Notes: generated from the letters alone by a model not told the origin. DNA of 64,000 bases from an uncultured Phycisphaerales bacterium (GCA_963718665.1 OY970359.1:1184001-1248000); one strand, 5' to 3'. Counted from the stretch's first letter, positions 19,881-30,353 are shown. Made by a program: numbers and translations.

Positions 19881-21125
19881 ATGCTTTCGCATACAAAGAC
19901 CAAAAAAATTGAAGCTAAATTCGGGTCGCCGTTTTACGTATTCGATGAAACGGCGTTCCGGAAGAATTACGATGATATAGTTACAGCGTTTGGAAGCAGA
20001 TACGAAAAATTCATATTGGCTTATTCCTACAAAACCAACTACGCCCCCTACTTGTGCAAAATAATCAAATCAAAGGGCGGCTTTGCGGAAGTCGTTTCCC
20101 GGCTGGAATATGACCTTGCGTTGAAGGTGGGCCAGAAGCCAAACAAAATTGTCTTTAACGGGCCTGTGAAGTGCTATGAGGATATCGCGCTTGCCCTCGA
20201 TAATAAAAGTGTCGTTAATATTGATTCCTGGTTCGGGATTGACCACGTGGCTAAATACGCTAAGAAAAATCCGAACAGGGAAATTAAAATTGGATTAAGG
20301 ATAAACATCGGTCTGTCGGACAAAAGCGGCCTGTCTCATATTCAGGAGCATTTGAAAACGGGAAGGTTTGGTTTTGACCCTGCCGACTCAACTATGAAGA
20401 AAGTAGTTTCGCGTTTGGCCGATATCGGTAACGTTACGGTCAATAGTTTGCATGGCCACACTTCGACTGCCGGCAGAAACATCTGGTGCTATCAAATAAT
20501 TACTGGAACACTTTGTCAAATCGCGGAAAAGTTCTTTCCTGAATCGGCTGAATATATAAATATCGGCGGAGGCATTTTCGGCTATATCCCGCCCAGTATG
20601 CGATGGACAAAAATGCCGTCTTTCGACGATTATGCCAAAGCCGTTTGTAAAATTTTGAAAAGCAATAAATGGGTGCGCCGGCAAAAACCGAATCTTATGC
20701 TTGAACCCGGTATTGCTATGGTTGCGAATGCTTTGAGTTTTATAACTAAGGTAATAAGCATAAAGGATATTCAAGGCAGGGTGTTCGTGACGGTTGACGG
20801 CAGCGCGTATAACGTCAAGCCGACGTTCCATAAAAATAATAACCCGTATCAGATAATAAGAAAAGCCGGAAGCAAAAAACGCGGCACTTTCAGCGTTGTC
20901 GGTTCAACTTGTATGGAAAAGGATTATCTCATGACGGAAATAACCGATGTGCTGCCGGATGTTGGCGACTTTATAAAAATTGACAGTGTTGGCGCATATA
21001 CAGTCGTTCTTACACCGCCTTTTATCAATCCTGCCCCCGCCATTGTTGTCGAGAAAAGCGGTACATTCAAACTTATCCGTTCTAAGCAGACACTGAACGA
21101 TATGTTCAAAAATTACGCGTTTTAA
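19881..21125 (+). CDS. Fold-type III PLP-dependent decarboxylase (LysA/BtrK-like)
   Basis: SPFYVFD, YSYKTN (PLP Lys), FNGPVK, GRFG, INIGGG, EPG, VVGSTCMEKD, GAY. Confidence 0.88.
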   Translation: MLSHTKTKKIEAKFGSPFYVFDETAFRKNYDDIVTAFGSRYEKFILAYSYKTNYAPYLCKIIKSKGGFAEVVSRLEYDLALKVGQKPNKIVFNGPVKCYEDIALALDNKSVVNIDSWFGIDHVAKYAKKNPNREIKIGLRINIGLSDKSGLSHIQEHLKTGRFGFDPADSTMKKVVSRLADIGNVTVNSLHGHTSTAGRNIWCYQIITGTLCQIAEKFFPESAEYINIGGGIFGYIPPSMRWTKMPSFDDYAKAVCKILKSNKWVRRQKPNLMLEPGIAMVANALSFITKVISIKDIQGRVFVTVDGSAYNVKPTFHKNNNPYQIIRKAGSKKRGTFSVVGSTCMEKDYLMTEITDVLPDVGDFIKIDSVGAYTVVLTPPFINPAPAIVVEKSGTFKLIRSKQTLNDMFKNYAF

Positions 21126-21139
21126 AAAAGTGTCTTGTT

Positions 21140-21688
21140 ATGCTCGGAATCACAATTACAGGTAACCATCTTGTTCTTCGTCCGCTCGATAAAGCTGACC
21201 TCGAAAACCGCGTCAGATGGTTTAATGACCCCGATGTCCGCAAAACGCTGATACTAAGCGAGCGGTTTGAGCTGGAAAAAACAATCCGCTGGTTTGAGAA
21301 AATACAGGCCGACGACAGCCGGGTCGAATTGATAATCGAGACCCCGCAGAAAACAGCCGTTGGTGTCATAGGTTTAGCAGGTATCAGTCGCACACATCGC
21401 ACAGCAGAGATATACCTTGTCATTGGCCAAAAGGAGTTCTGGGGCAAAGGCGTAATGCTCGAAGCCGAATGCCTCCTGATTGACTGGGCGTTTAATTCTC
21501 TGGGCCTTGAAAAAATCTGGGGCGAGACCCGCACGGACAATATCGCCAGCGTAATCACAATGAAGAAGCTCGGTTTCCAGATTGAAGGAACGTTGCGTTG
21601 CGAGAAAATCGTCGATGACAGACGAATCGACGTTCTGCGCCTCGGGCTTCTTAAAAATGATTTCAAAAATACGGCTGGAAAATATTGA
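21140..21688 (+). CDS. GNAT acetyltransferase (RimL/PseH-like)
   Basis: LRPL, WFNDP, FWGKG, AFNSLGLEKI, NIAS..KKLGFQIEG. Confidence 0.88.
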   Translation: MLGITITGNHLVLRPLDKADLENRVRWFNDPDVRKTLILSERFELEKTIRWFEKIQADDSRVELIIETPQKTAVGVIGLAGISRTHRTAEIYLVIGQKEFWGKGVMLEAECLLIDWAFNSLGLEKIWGETRTDNIASVITMKKLGFQIEGTLRCEKIVDDRRIDVLRLGLLKNDFKNTAGKY

Positions 21689-21720
21689 ACTTGTCAAAAA
21701 AATGATAACGTCTACCTGTT

Positions 21721-23487
21721 ATGATTAGTGAACCATGTAAACAACTTAAAGGCGATGAGGGCTGGCTTGTAATACGCCGGGCCGCAAAAGCCATTCAGGA
21801 TGCCCTGCGGCAGAAGATGGGGGAATTCAAACATCAGGCCGATATTGCGTTTGTTTCTTCTTATACGGCGGACCCACTTGCTGATTATGTGCAGGTTTTC
21901 TCTGCTCAAAATGATTTGGCCGTAAATCAGTATATCGCCCCATACGGGCAGTTTAATCAGGAATTACTGAATCCTCAAAGCGAGCTGTATCGCGCATCTC
22001 CTCAGCTTACATTTCTGTTGATTGAGATCGAACCGCTTCTTGCCAATGATACCATCGATGAACAAACGCAATCATCCGTGCTATCGCGTCTGCAGGATCT
22101 CATTGACGCATTCTTAAAGTATTCCACGGGCATCCTCGTTATTAATACTTTCCCCGCGTGTCCCTCCTGGCCTTTGAATGTTCTGCCTGACCAGCGTCAT
22201 ATCTTAATTGAAAAACTTAACGCCGGCATAATCGAACATTATCAAAGCCATCCTCGAATACAGATTCTCGACCTCGACGCCTTGGTCGCCTATTCCGGCT
22301 GTCAAAACGCGATGTCCTCCCAGATGATGAGTATGGCCCGAATCCCGTTCAGTGAAGCGTTCCTTGGTTTGCTCGCCCGCAGGATTATATCCCATATTAT
22401 CGCGACTAAAGGGCTTGCCCGAAAATGTCTTGTCCTCGACTGCGATAACACGCTCTGGGGCGGAATCATAGGCGAAGACGGCCTCGACGGAATCCAAATC
22501 GGCCACGATTCCCCCGGCCGCGAATATCTCGAATTTCAAAAAACCATCCTCGAACTGTATGAGCAAGGGATAGTTCTTGCCATCAACAGCAAAAATAATT
22601 CCGCGGATGTTATGCAGGTTCTCAACGAACACCCTCAAATGCTCCTGCGAGAAAAGCACTTCGCTTCGATTCTGGTCAACTGGGAACCCAAGCCGCAGAA
22701 TATGCAGAAGATTGCCGAGCAAATAAACATCGGCCTGGATAGCATCGTCTTTATCGACGATAATCCTGCCGAACGAGAGTTGATGAGGCAATCGCTGCCC
22801 CAGGTTGAAACGCTCGATATGCCCGCCGACCCCTCGTTATTTGCTCGAACTTTGCGCGAAACCGGCTTCTTTACCCGCGCCTATTTGACCGAGGAAGACA
22901 AAAATCGCGGACAAATTTACGCCGCCCAGCGTCAGCGTGGCCAGTTCCAGCAGTCCTGTACGACGCTCGAAGATTTTCTTAAATCACTTGAAATGGTCGT
23001 TTCTATTCATCCCGCCAGCAAAGACGATATCAAACGTGTTGCGCAGTTGACCCAGCGAACCAACCAGTTTAATCTGACCACCCGCCGATATACCGAGGCC
23101 GATATTGCCGCGATGGCACAAAACCCGAATTGGCGGATTTACGTCCTCGGATTGAAAGACAAATTCGGCGATAATGGAACGGTAGGGTTGGCCCTCGTGG
23201 AAATCCAGCCGAAGCAATGGCGCGTAGATACATTTTTGATGAGTTGCCGGGTCATTGGCAGACAAGTCGAGGATGCCTTGGTTGACCGGATTTGCCGGGA
23301 TACTGTTAAGGCGGGCTGTGTTGATATATCCGCGGAATATATCCCGTCGGCCAAAAATAATCTGGTAACCGGTTTTTGGGACAAGATGGGCTTCGAAAAA
23401 GAAAACGCGGATGCGCAGCAGGTTCGATATTCTAAGCAGTTAGAAAATTATCAATCGCCACAATTTTTATACCTTAAAATCGTATGA
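21721..23487 (+). CDS. fkbH: FkbH-like HAD-IIIC protein (glyceryl-ACP loading)
   Basis: VLDCDNTLWGG, SKNN, FIDDNPAER, RTNQFNLT, DKFGDNG, FLMSCRV. Confidence 0.93.
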   Translation: MISEPCKQLKGDEGWLVIRRAAKAIQDALRQKMGEFKHQADIAFVSSYTADPLADYVQVFSAQNDLAVNQYIAPYGQFNQELLNPQSELYRASPQLTFLLIEIEPLLANDTIDEQTQSSVLSRLQDLIDAFLKYSTGILVINTFPACPSWPLNVLPDQRHILIEKLNAGIIEHYQSHPRIQILDLDALVAYSGCQNAMSSQMMSMARIPFSEAFLGLLARRIISHIIATKGLARKCLVLDCDNTLWGGIIGEDGLDGIQIGHDSPGREYLEFQKTILELYEQGIVLAINSKNNSADVMQVLNEHPQMLLREKHFASILVNWEPKPQNMQKIAEQINIGLDSIVFIDDNPAERELMRQSLPQVETLDMPADPSLFARTLRETGFFTRAYLTEEDKNRGQIYAAQRQRGQFQQSCTTLEDFLKSLEMVVSIHPASKDDIKRVAQLTQRTNQFNLTTRRYTEADIAAMAQNPNWRIYVLGLKDKFGDNGTVGLALVEIQPKQWRVDTFLMSCRVIGRQVEDALVDRICRDTVKAGCVDISAEYIPSAKNNLVTGFWDKMGFEKENADAQQVRYSKQLENYQSPQFLYLKIV

Positions 23488-23708
23488 TAAAAGACAGGTT
23501 AGAAGTCATATTTCGGCAGTCATTCGAAATAGAAAAATTTACCGAAGATTTATCTATTGATAACGTCCCCGGCTGGGATTCGATGGCCCACGTCGGCCTG
23601 ATTCTCGCCCTTCAAAAAGAATTCGCCGTGTCCATTCCCCCCGCTGATGCGATTGAGTTAACCAGCGTGAAAAACATAATTCAGTATCTGGCAAACCGGA
23701 GTGCTTAG
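23484..23708 (+). CDS. Acyl carrier protein
   Basis: 74 aa acidic protein, GWDSM phosphopantetheine site, overlaps fkbH stop. Confidence 0.9.
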   Translation: MIKDRLEVIFRQSFEIEKFTEDLSIDNVPGWDSMAHVGLILALQKEFAVSIPPADAIELTSVKNIIQYLANRSA

Positions 23709-23721
23709 CAGCAGGCAAAAA

Positions 23722-24618
23722 ATGGAAACGAATAATTATGCTAAATTATTAGCTGAGCAGGGCAACTATGTAATCACCGTCGATGGCGTGGACTGGTATC
23801 TTTATTCCGGCTTTATGATGCCCGCCTATCTGCCCCATTGTGTCCCTGCTATATCGGAGGAAATCGCAAGGAAAGTACTCGCGGAGTCAGGCAGGCCTTT
23901 TGTAAGATGGGATGCTCAATTCGGCCAAATTCGGAACAGTGAATGGTGGTACATTCTCAGGAAGGGCTCGTGGTCGATTGACAACGTGAAAGACAAAAAG
24001 AAACGCTGGATGATAAGGCAGGGCAAAAAAGGATTTACAGTCAGACCCTTAACTCCGGAAGAGGCGGTCAAGCTTTGCCCTCAAGTTGCGCTTGCCGCAA
24101 CGGCAAGATATAAAGGTAAGGCCGAAGTGGAAACTAAGGAGGTTATGGAAAAAAGAGTAGAGGCCTCTCAAAAAGTCCCGGGAGTTCTCGAATATCTGGG
24201 CTGCTTCCAGGGCGATAAATTGGCAAGTTTTTCGGAAAACTACATACAGGATAATGCCGTCTGGCTGGCTACTATGAGGCACGACCCCGACTACCTGAAG
24301 AGATATTCAAGTTATGGCTTTATGGATGGCATCCTTGATTATTATCTGAACGAGAAAAAATTCTTGTATGTTCTGGATGGCAGCAGGAGCATTCACCACA
24401 AAACGAACTTTCAGGATTATCTAACGGAAATTTTTGGGTTCACGAAGGAATATGCTCGGCTCAACGCAACTTATTCCGCGAAGTTCGCAGCCCTCGTAAA
24501 AATGGCGTATCCGTTCAGGAATGTTTTGAGCAGGATTTCAGAGAAAACGAATAATTATTTTATAGCCAATATTAACGCCGTGCTGCAACAGGAATACATA
24601 AGAAAAAGCTGCCAATAA
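23722..24618 (+). CDS. Hypothetical protein, possibly FemAB/GNAT-fold acyltransferase
   Basis: KKRWMIRQG, LEYLGCF, DPDYLK, DGSRSIHH..FGF patterns reminiscent of FemAB-like proteins; follows the ACP. Confidence 0.55.
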   Translation: METNNYAKLLAEQGNYVITVDGVDWYLYSGFMMPAYLPHCVPAISEEIARKVLAESGRPFVRWDAQFGQIRNSEWWYILRKGSWSIDNVKDKKKRWMIRQGKKGFTVRPLTPEEAVKLCPQVALAATARYKGKAEVETKEVMEKRVEASQKVPGVLEYLGCFQGDKLASFSENYIQDNAVWLATMRHDPDYLKRYSSYGFMDGILDYYLNEKKFLYVLDGSRSIHHKTNFQDYLTEIFGFTKEYARLNATYSAKFAALVKMAYPFRNVLSRISEKTNNYFIANINAVLQQEYIRKSCQ

Positions 24619-24703
24619 GCCGCGTCGATATCCCGGCTTCAAATCACATTTGCATATCGATGATGGATGAGGGGAGTATCAAGGTTGCGCATGCGAGGAG
24701 AAA

Positions 24704-25867
24704 TTAGCTCTTCTTGCTTGAGTGAATCGCTCCCCGTAAACCCTCCATTTTCAGAAAACCCAGTCGCCAGACAACTAAAAACGATACGGCAAAAATCCCA
24801 GTCAATGGAATTAGGTTGTACGGCGTTGAAATCATAGAGGTTAAAAGACCTGCTAATGCATACAGGACGGCCAGCAGATAGCATATCCCAACCGTTCGTT
24901 TCAGAGGTACGCCCCTGTCAATCATCTGGTCGTAAATGTGGCCGCGGTCCGAGACAAACAATGGTTTTTTATTGATAATCCGTCTCAATAAGGCGGTGCC
25001 CGTGTCCAATATCGGCAGCCCGAACACGATTATTGAAGCAATCCACCATCGCGGAGATTTACGTGCAAGCAGCATCATAATCGCTGTGATTACAAACCCG
25101 AGCAGCATGGAGCCGGCGTCACCCATAAAAATCTTGGCGGGATGCCGATTGAAGGGCAGAAAACCGAGAACTCCGCCTACCAGGGCAAGGCAAACTATAA
25201 CTCTGGCCGTATCGCCATGGCTGCTGAATGCGAAAGTGGAACGCTGGATTGCAAGCAAAAGCATTCCGACTGTGATTATAACAGTTACCCCCCCGCACAA
25301 ACCATCAAGCCCGTCTAAAAGATTAAGCGAGTTGGTCGCGCCAATAACAAAAAAAATAACGACCGGAATACCGATTACTATTTCGACGCCTTCGGACATC
25401 TGAAAACCAAAAGGCGCTACGATTTCACTAAAATCCGGTCGCATTCCCGCCAGCATAATGGGCACCGCAGCAAGAACCTGACCGAACACTTTTTTCGCAG
25501 GACTGAGTTCGAAAATGTCATCGATAACGCCGACGAAACAAACTATAATGGCCCCGATAATAATACTAAAAAGTCGCTGCATTACTACTGGCAGAACGGT
25601 TTCATTGCGGACAAAATAAATGCCGCACAATATACCGACTGAAAAACCAATTAGCACCCCGATGCCGCCAAGGTAAGCGACCGGTTTTTTATGCGTTTTG
25701 ACAAGGTCGTCCGGTTTGTCAACTATGTTGAACCGAAGCGCAATCGCTTTGCATAACCATGTGGCAATCAACGCACAGGCAAAAGAAAGTACTAAGACAG
25801 GCCAGAATTGAAGAGACCAGTCGAGCGGTCTTTTGGGGCCAAGCAGTTCGTTTAACACATCATTCAC
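24704..25867 (-). CDS. WecA/TagO/MraY-family undecaprenyl-phosphate GlcNAc-1-P transferase
   Basis: VDKP, YLGGIG, GVIDD, NSLNLLDGLDGL, PAKIFMGDAGS, DRGHI. Confidence 0.92.
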   Translation of the reverse strand: MNDVLNELLGPKRPLDWSLQFWPVLVLSFACALIATWLCKAIALRFNIVDKPDDLVKTHKKPVAYLGGIGVLIGFSVGILCGIYFVRNETVLPVVMQRLFSIIIGAIIVCFVGVIDDIFELSPAKKVFGQVLAAVPIMLAGMRPDFSEIVAPFGFQMSEGVEIVIGIPVVIFFVIGATNSLNLLDGLDGLCGGVTVIITVGMLLLAIQRSTFAFSSHGDTARVIVCLALVGGVLGFLPFNRHPAKIFMGDAGSMLLGFVITAIMMLLARKSPRWWIASIIVFGLPILDTGTALLRRIINKKPLFVSDRGHIYDQMIDRGVPLKRTVGICYLLAVLYALAGLLTSMISTPYNLIPLTGIFAVSFLVVWRLGFLKMEGLRGAIHSSKKS

Positions 25868-26101
25868 ACTAAATCCTCATTCAAGCACAAAAACTTCCAT
25901 TGCCCATTATGTAAGATTGTACGATTTCACGCTAACTTGTCCATAAAAAATATGTGGACATCACGCTGTTTTGGCATATAATTTGTGAACAGATTTCAGC
26001 TATAGCGGCTAATGAACTGAAAATCGCAATAAATAACCCGCCATAGGCGTCTAACAATCCGGACTTATGGACTTATGTATAAGACAGGAAACGAATCGTA
26101 A

Positions 26102-27109
26102 ATGCGTGTGCTGCTTTCCAGTGTAGGGAGACGTGGTTATCTGGCGAAGTACTTCAAGCAGGCACTCGGAGATGCTGGCGAGGTATGGGGTGCAGACAGC
26201 AGTTCCTACTATGCCCCCGCTTTCCGTTATTGCGACCATATTGTGATGTTGCCCAGGGTAGGGGAAACGAGTTACGCCGATAAACTCCTCGCTCTGTGCA
26301 GGAAAAACAAGATAGATATGGTCGTGCCGCTGATAGACCCTGAGTTGGAGATTCTGGCGGCTGAGTATGACAAATTCCGAAGCAACGGCATTATGGTGGT
26401 AGTTTCGCCTGCCAAAACTATTGAAATCGCTTTCGACAAGTACCAGACCTATCTTCACGCCAAAAAGGCCGGAATTGCGGTCCCTGAAACGGTTACGACT
26501 ATAGAAGAAGCCCTTAAGCTTATCGCCTCGGGTAAACTTTCTTGGCCGGTAATGATAAAGCCGCGTAAGGGCAGCGCCTCGATGTTTATCACGCGTTGCC
26601 GTAATGAAAGCGAGTTAAGATTGGCATTTCAGAACTGCCCGGGGCCTGTAATTCAACAATTTGCTTCAGGCGAAGAATATGGCTACGACATTTTCTGCGA
26701 CGGCGATTTCAAGCCCGTTAGTGTCTTCTGCAAGCGGAAAATCGCTATGCGTGCCGGCGAAACCGATAAGGCGGTCAGCGTCAACGATAAAAAACTTATG
26801 GATTTGGGTGTTAAAATTGCCCAGGCCTTTCCTATGTTTGGGCCGGCTGACGCAGATGTCAAAATGGGCAAAAATGGGCCAATGTTACTGGAGGTTAATC
26901 CACGTTTTGGAGGCGGCTATCCCTGCTCTCACCTGTGCGGAGCCGATTTTCCCGCTAAGCTGATTGCCGTATGCAAAGAGCAGAAACTTTCGCCTGACAT
27001 TGGTAATTATCCCGCCGGCGTTTATATGTTCAAACAGGATGAAATAATATCCCCCACTGCCGACGAGCTAAAAAACATTGCCGGCGCACATGGCCCAAAG
27101 GCCGTTTAA
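26102..27109 (+). CDS. ATP-grasp ligase (carbamoyl-phosphate synthase large subunit-like)
   Basis: SSVGRR, PLIDPEL, DKYQT, IKPRKGSAS, GEEY, LEVNPRFGGGY. Confidence 0.9.
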   Translation: MRVLLSSVGRRGYLAKYFKQALGDAGEVWGADSSSYYAPAFRYCDHIVMLPRVGETSYADKLLALCRKNKIDMVVPLIDPELEILAAEYDKFRSNGIMVVVSPAKTIEIAFDKYQTYLHAKKAGIAVPETVTTIEEALKLIASGKLSWPVMIKPRKGSASMFITRCRNESELRLAFQNCPGPVIQQFASGEEYGYDIFCDGDFKPVSVFCKRKIAMRAGETDKAVSVNDKKLMDLGVKIAQAFPMFGPADADVKMGKNGPMLLEVNPRFGGGYPCSHLCGADFPAKLIAVCKEQKLSPDIGNYPAGVYMFKQDEIISPTADELKNIAGAHGPKAV

Positions 27110-27152
27110 TACCCTCGTGTGCGGTCAGGACATTTCCAGTTAAGAGGTATCA

Positions 27153-28382
27153 TTGGTGAGTAGATATTTAGCCGGCTTCGTAATACTAATCGGGTTACTT
27201 TTTTGCGCAATTGCCGCGGCCTTGGAGCCCAACGAAATACTGGTTATCGTCAATAAGGATATCCCGGCGTCGGAGGAGTTGGGGCAATACTATTGTCAGC
27301 GGCGAAATGTCCCAAAAGAAAATATCCTGGCCTTGTCTCTCGGCAAAACCCTTGTTGATTCGATTAGCCGGGATGATTACGACAAAAATATCGCCGAACC
27401 GATTCGAAAACGTATTGCTGACCAGACGCCGGGACAGCCAATCCGCTGCCTGCTTACAACATACGGCGTGCCATACAAGGTAGGTCCTCGCGGGCCGCTA
27501 AAAGACCAGCAGGAACGCCTCAAACAACTTGAAGCAACTGCCGGGCAATATGAAAAACAACTCAAGGATTCACATCTGGCGGATGTGAACGCCAAGATAA
27601 ACAATGAGCTTGCCGGGGTAAAAAACGAAATTGACCGGATTTCGGGCAGGGAAACAGATGCGAGCGTTGACAATGAGTTGTCGATGGTATTGTTCGGCCC
27701 TTATGAGCTTTATCGCTGGCAGCCAAACCAGTGGAACAGGCATAGCGATTGTCCCGAAGGTCTGATTCTGGATGTTATGGTTTCCCGCCTCGACGGCCCC
27801 TCTCCGCAAATTGCCCGCGGACTCATCGATAAGGCGCTATATGCCGAAAAAAACGGCCTGCACGGCATTGCTTACATCGATTCTCGCGGTATCCCCGACG
27901 ACAAACAGCCCGGCTCTTATGGCAGTTTCGACCAGAAGCTGCGCAATCTGGCGGTTTTATTGCGTTTTCGCACGACTTTTCCGGTCAGAGAGGAACGAAC
28001 CGAAAAGCTTTTTGGACCGCATAGCTGCCCCCAAACGGCGATTTACTGTGGCTGGTACAGTTTGAAAAAATACATCGATTCCTTCGAGTTCGTGGATGGT
28101 GCGATAGGTGCTCATATCGCCAGCTTCGAGGCGATTGACATTCGAGACCCAAACAGCACTGAATGGTGTCCTTCGATGCTGGTTCACGGCGTTACTGCGA
28201 CTTTTGGCCCCGTGGCAGAACCATATCTCAGCGCATTCCCGGACCCGGAAGAGTTTTTTCTTGAATTAATCGAAGGCAAATGTCTCGCCGAAGCATTTTG
28301 GCGCACACAGCCGTTTTGCTCCTGGCAAATGATGCTGATTGGCGACCCTCTTTATACCCCCTTTGCCAAAAAAGATTCCTGA
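27153..28382 (+). CDS. TIGR03790-like exported protein
   Basis: Signal peptide; YYCQRRNVP, ASVDNEL, SRLDGP, YCGWYS, HIASFE, GPVAEPYL, IGDPLY. Confidence 0.8.
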   Translation: MVSRYLAGFVILIGLLFCAIAAALEPNEILVIVNKDIPASEELGQYYCQRRNVPKENILALSLGKTLVDSISRDDYDKNIAEPIRKRIADQTPGQPIRCLLTTYGVPYKVGPRGPLKDQQERLKQLEATAGQYEKQLKDSHLADVNAKINNELAGVKNEIDRISGRETDASVDNELSMVLFGPYELYRWQPNQWNRHSDCPEGLILDVMVSRLDGPSPQIARGLIDKALYAEKNGLHGIAYIDSRGIPDDKQPGSYGSFDQKLRNLAVLLRFRTTFPVREERTEKLFGPHSCPQTAIYCGWYSLKKYIDSFEFVDGAIGAHIASFEAIDIRDPNSTEWCPSMLVHGVTATFGPVAEPYLSAFPDPEEFFLELIEGKCLAEAFWRTQPFCSWQMMLIGDPLYTPFAKKDS

Positions 28383-28399
28383 GTCGGACATCAGCGCTA

Positions 28400-28562
28400 T
28401 GCGCATAAGATAGTTACGGGATGCCGAAAAGCGAAGCCGCTTGTCCGACACCTCTGTCTTGTAAACAATTTTAGGCATTGGTATATGTGTTGAGATAAAC
28501 AGCGTACTAAAATAAGACACTGCAACTGCGATTATTATTTTATGTCTGACAGCCAAGCCCAC
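28400..28562 (-). pseudogene. Probable VanZ-like N-terminal remnant
   Basis: Hydrophobic helix then FISTHIP..SDKRLRF, resembling VanZ THxP..DKxxHF; degenerates afterwards. Confidence 0.45.
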
Positions 28563-28671
28563 AACCGCTTCTGAATTTTTATTGAATATTGATAATTGAT
28601 AATTTGCCGCCGACTGTCATAATAATCGATTATCGGTTACCAAACATAAATTATCAATAAGGAGCAACGCT

Positions 28672-29007
28672 ATGCTGCAGTCGATAGTCGAGTTTTTCAG
28701 AAGCGCAATTACCGAACAGGTGGCAGGCAATCCGGTCTGGTTCATCGTCGGTTTCGCAGGACAAATGACCTTCGGCGCAAGATTCATTCTCCAGTGGATA
28801 GTCAGCGAATACAAAAAACGTTCTCACGTCCCGGTCGCCTTTTGGTACATTTCTATCATTGGCAGCGTCATTCTTCTGACTTACTCAATTCACCGCAGAG
28901 ACCTTATTTTTATGCTCGGCCTTTCGCTTAATACCCTGATTTACATGCGAAATCTTCACCTGATTCACAAACACGGGACAAAAGAGCCGACCGGCAGCTT
29001 GGGTTAG
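28672..29007 (+). CDS. Lipid A biosynthesis N-terminal (LAB_N) domain membrane protein
   Basis: GFAGQ..F..RFILQWIVSE, PVAFWYIS, IYMRNL. Confidence 0.88.
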   Translation: MLQSIVEFFRSAITEQVAGNPVWFIVGFAGQMTFGARFILQWIVSEYKKRSHVPVAFWYISIIGSVILLTYSIHRRDLIFMLGLSLNTLIYMRNLHLIHKHGTKEPTGSLG

Positions 29008-29043
29008 AAAACCTGCAACATTAAAAATTTGGAGGTCAAAATT

Positions 29044-30342
29044 ATGAGATTAAACGGAGATTCGAAAATTATGAATGGCGTTTTGTCCGCCGGCTGCTGT
29101 CTGGCTGTTTTACTCGCCATAACATTGCCCGCGTTTGGAGAAGCCCCGAGACGAACCCGTTCGGCCGAGGTAAAAGCTATTCAGCTCCCGGAACCAAACA
29201 ATTCGGGCACGGTCAGTTTGGAAACAGCGATTAATACCAGACGCAGCGCTCAGCAGTTCGCCGATAAGCCGCTCAATTACACTCAGATTGGACAATTGCT
29301 CTGGGCAGGCCAGGGCATAATCGATAAGCAGCAGGAACTTCGGGCGGCCCCCTCGGCTGACGACCTGTACCCAATCGAGCTTTATCTTGTCACATCTGAA
29401 GGCCTGTTCGCTTATAATCCCGAACATCATTCGCTTTCGCCTAAGCAGATTTCTACCCTTAACATGCGAAAACAACTCTCGGTTGCCGCCTCCGGACAGG
29501 AACTGGTAGAAAACGCCGCCTGCGATATAATTATCGCCAGCTCCATCCGAAAAGCCGCGAACAAGTATGGTAATAAAGCCCAGAGATTTGTACTGTTAGA
29601 AGCCGGTTATGTCGCCGAAAATATCCAGCTGCAGGCCGCATCAATGGGCCTGACCTCATTGTCCGTCGGCTCGTTTGAACCGAGAAATATCACAAGAATC
29701 TGTGAATTGCCCGCCGGCGAGATTGAGCCGTTGTTGATTGTCTGTGTCGGCTATCCCTTCGTGCAGCAAAAAACTCAGGAACAGGCCGCCGTCCAAACCA
29801 CAAAAAAAGCCGTCATCATTATCACCGCCGCCCAGTATGCTGAAGCGGAGCTTGCCGATATCCTGCGAGTTTTGAAAGAAGCGGGCATCATACCCGTTAT
29901 CGTCACTTCAAAGATTGGGGTCTCGCAGGGGACATTTGGCGGCATCGTCGCCTCCGAGATTACCTTCGACAACTTGAATGTTGCGGATTTCGACGCGGTC
30001 GTCTTTATAGGAGGGCTTGGCGATGTGGATTATTTTAACAATCCGGCCGTGCTCGGCATTGCGCGTGATGCCTCCGCCAGGAACAAAGTCATCGCTGCTA
30101 TCAGCAACGCCGCCACTATTCTGGCAGACGCCGGCGTTCTGCGCGGTATCCGGGCAACAGGTCTGCCGCAGCAGCAGGAGCGAATGAAAAAAGCCGGGGC
30201 ACAATATACCGGCTCCGCTGTTGAACGGGATGGCCCGATTATAACCGCCAACGATTCGTTGGTTGCCGTGCAGTTTGCCCGCGCGATTGTTAGTGCGATT
30301 AAAACAAATCAGCCGAAATCCGACAAAACACCGGCAAAGTAA
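29044..30342 (+). CDS. SagB/ThcOx-like nitroreductase fused to DJ-1/PfpI domain, with signal peptide
   Basis: IQLPEP, RRS..F, QLLWAGQG, RAAPSA..LYP, LEAGYVAENI; C-terminal FDAVVFIGG, VERDGPIITA. Confidence 0.85.
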   Translation: MRLNGDSKIMNGVLSAGCCLAVLLAITLPAFGEAPRRTRSAEVKAIQLPEPNNSGTVSLETAINTRRSAQQFADKPLNYTQIGQLLWAGQGIIDKQQELRAAPSADDLYPIELYLVTSEGLFAYNPEHHSLSPKQISTLNMRKQLSVAASGQELVENAACDIIIASSIRKAANKYGNKAQRFVLLEAGYVAENIQLQAASMGLTSLSVGSFEPRNITRICELPAGEIEPLLIVCVGYPFVQQKTQEQAAVQTTKKAVIIITAAQYAEAELADILRVLKEAGIIPVIVTSKIGVSQGTFGGIVASEITFDNLNVADFDAVVFIGGLGDVDYFNNPAVLGIARDASARNKVIAAISNAATILADAGVLRGIRATGLPQQQERMKKAGAQYTGSAVERDGPIITANDSLVAVQFARAIVSAIKTNQPKSDKTPAK

Positions 30343-30353
30343 CCCGGGCAGAC

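Noticed and set aside
25890..25920. ttatgtaagat as a second XerD arm
   Set aside because: No matching left arm; better explained as a minus-strand -10 region of the WecA-like gene
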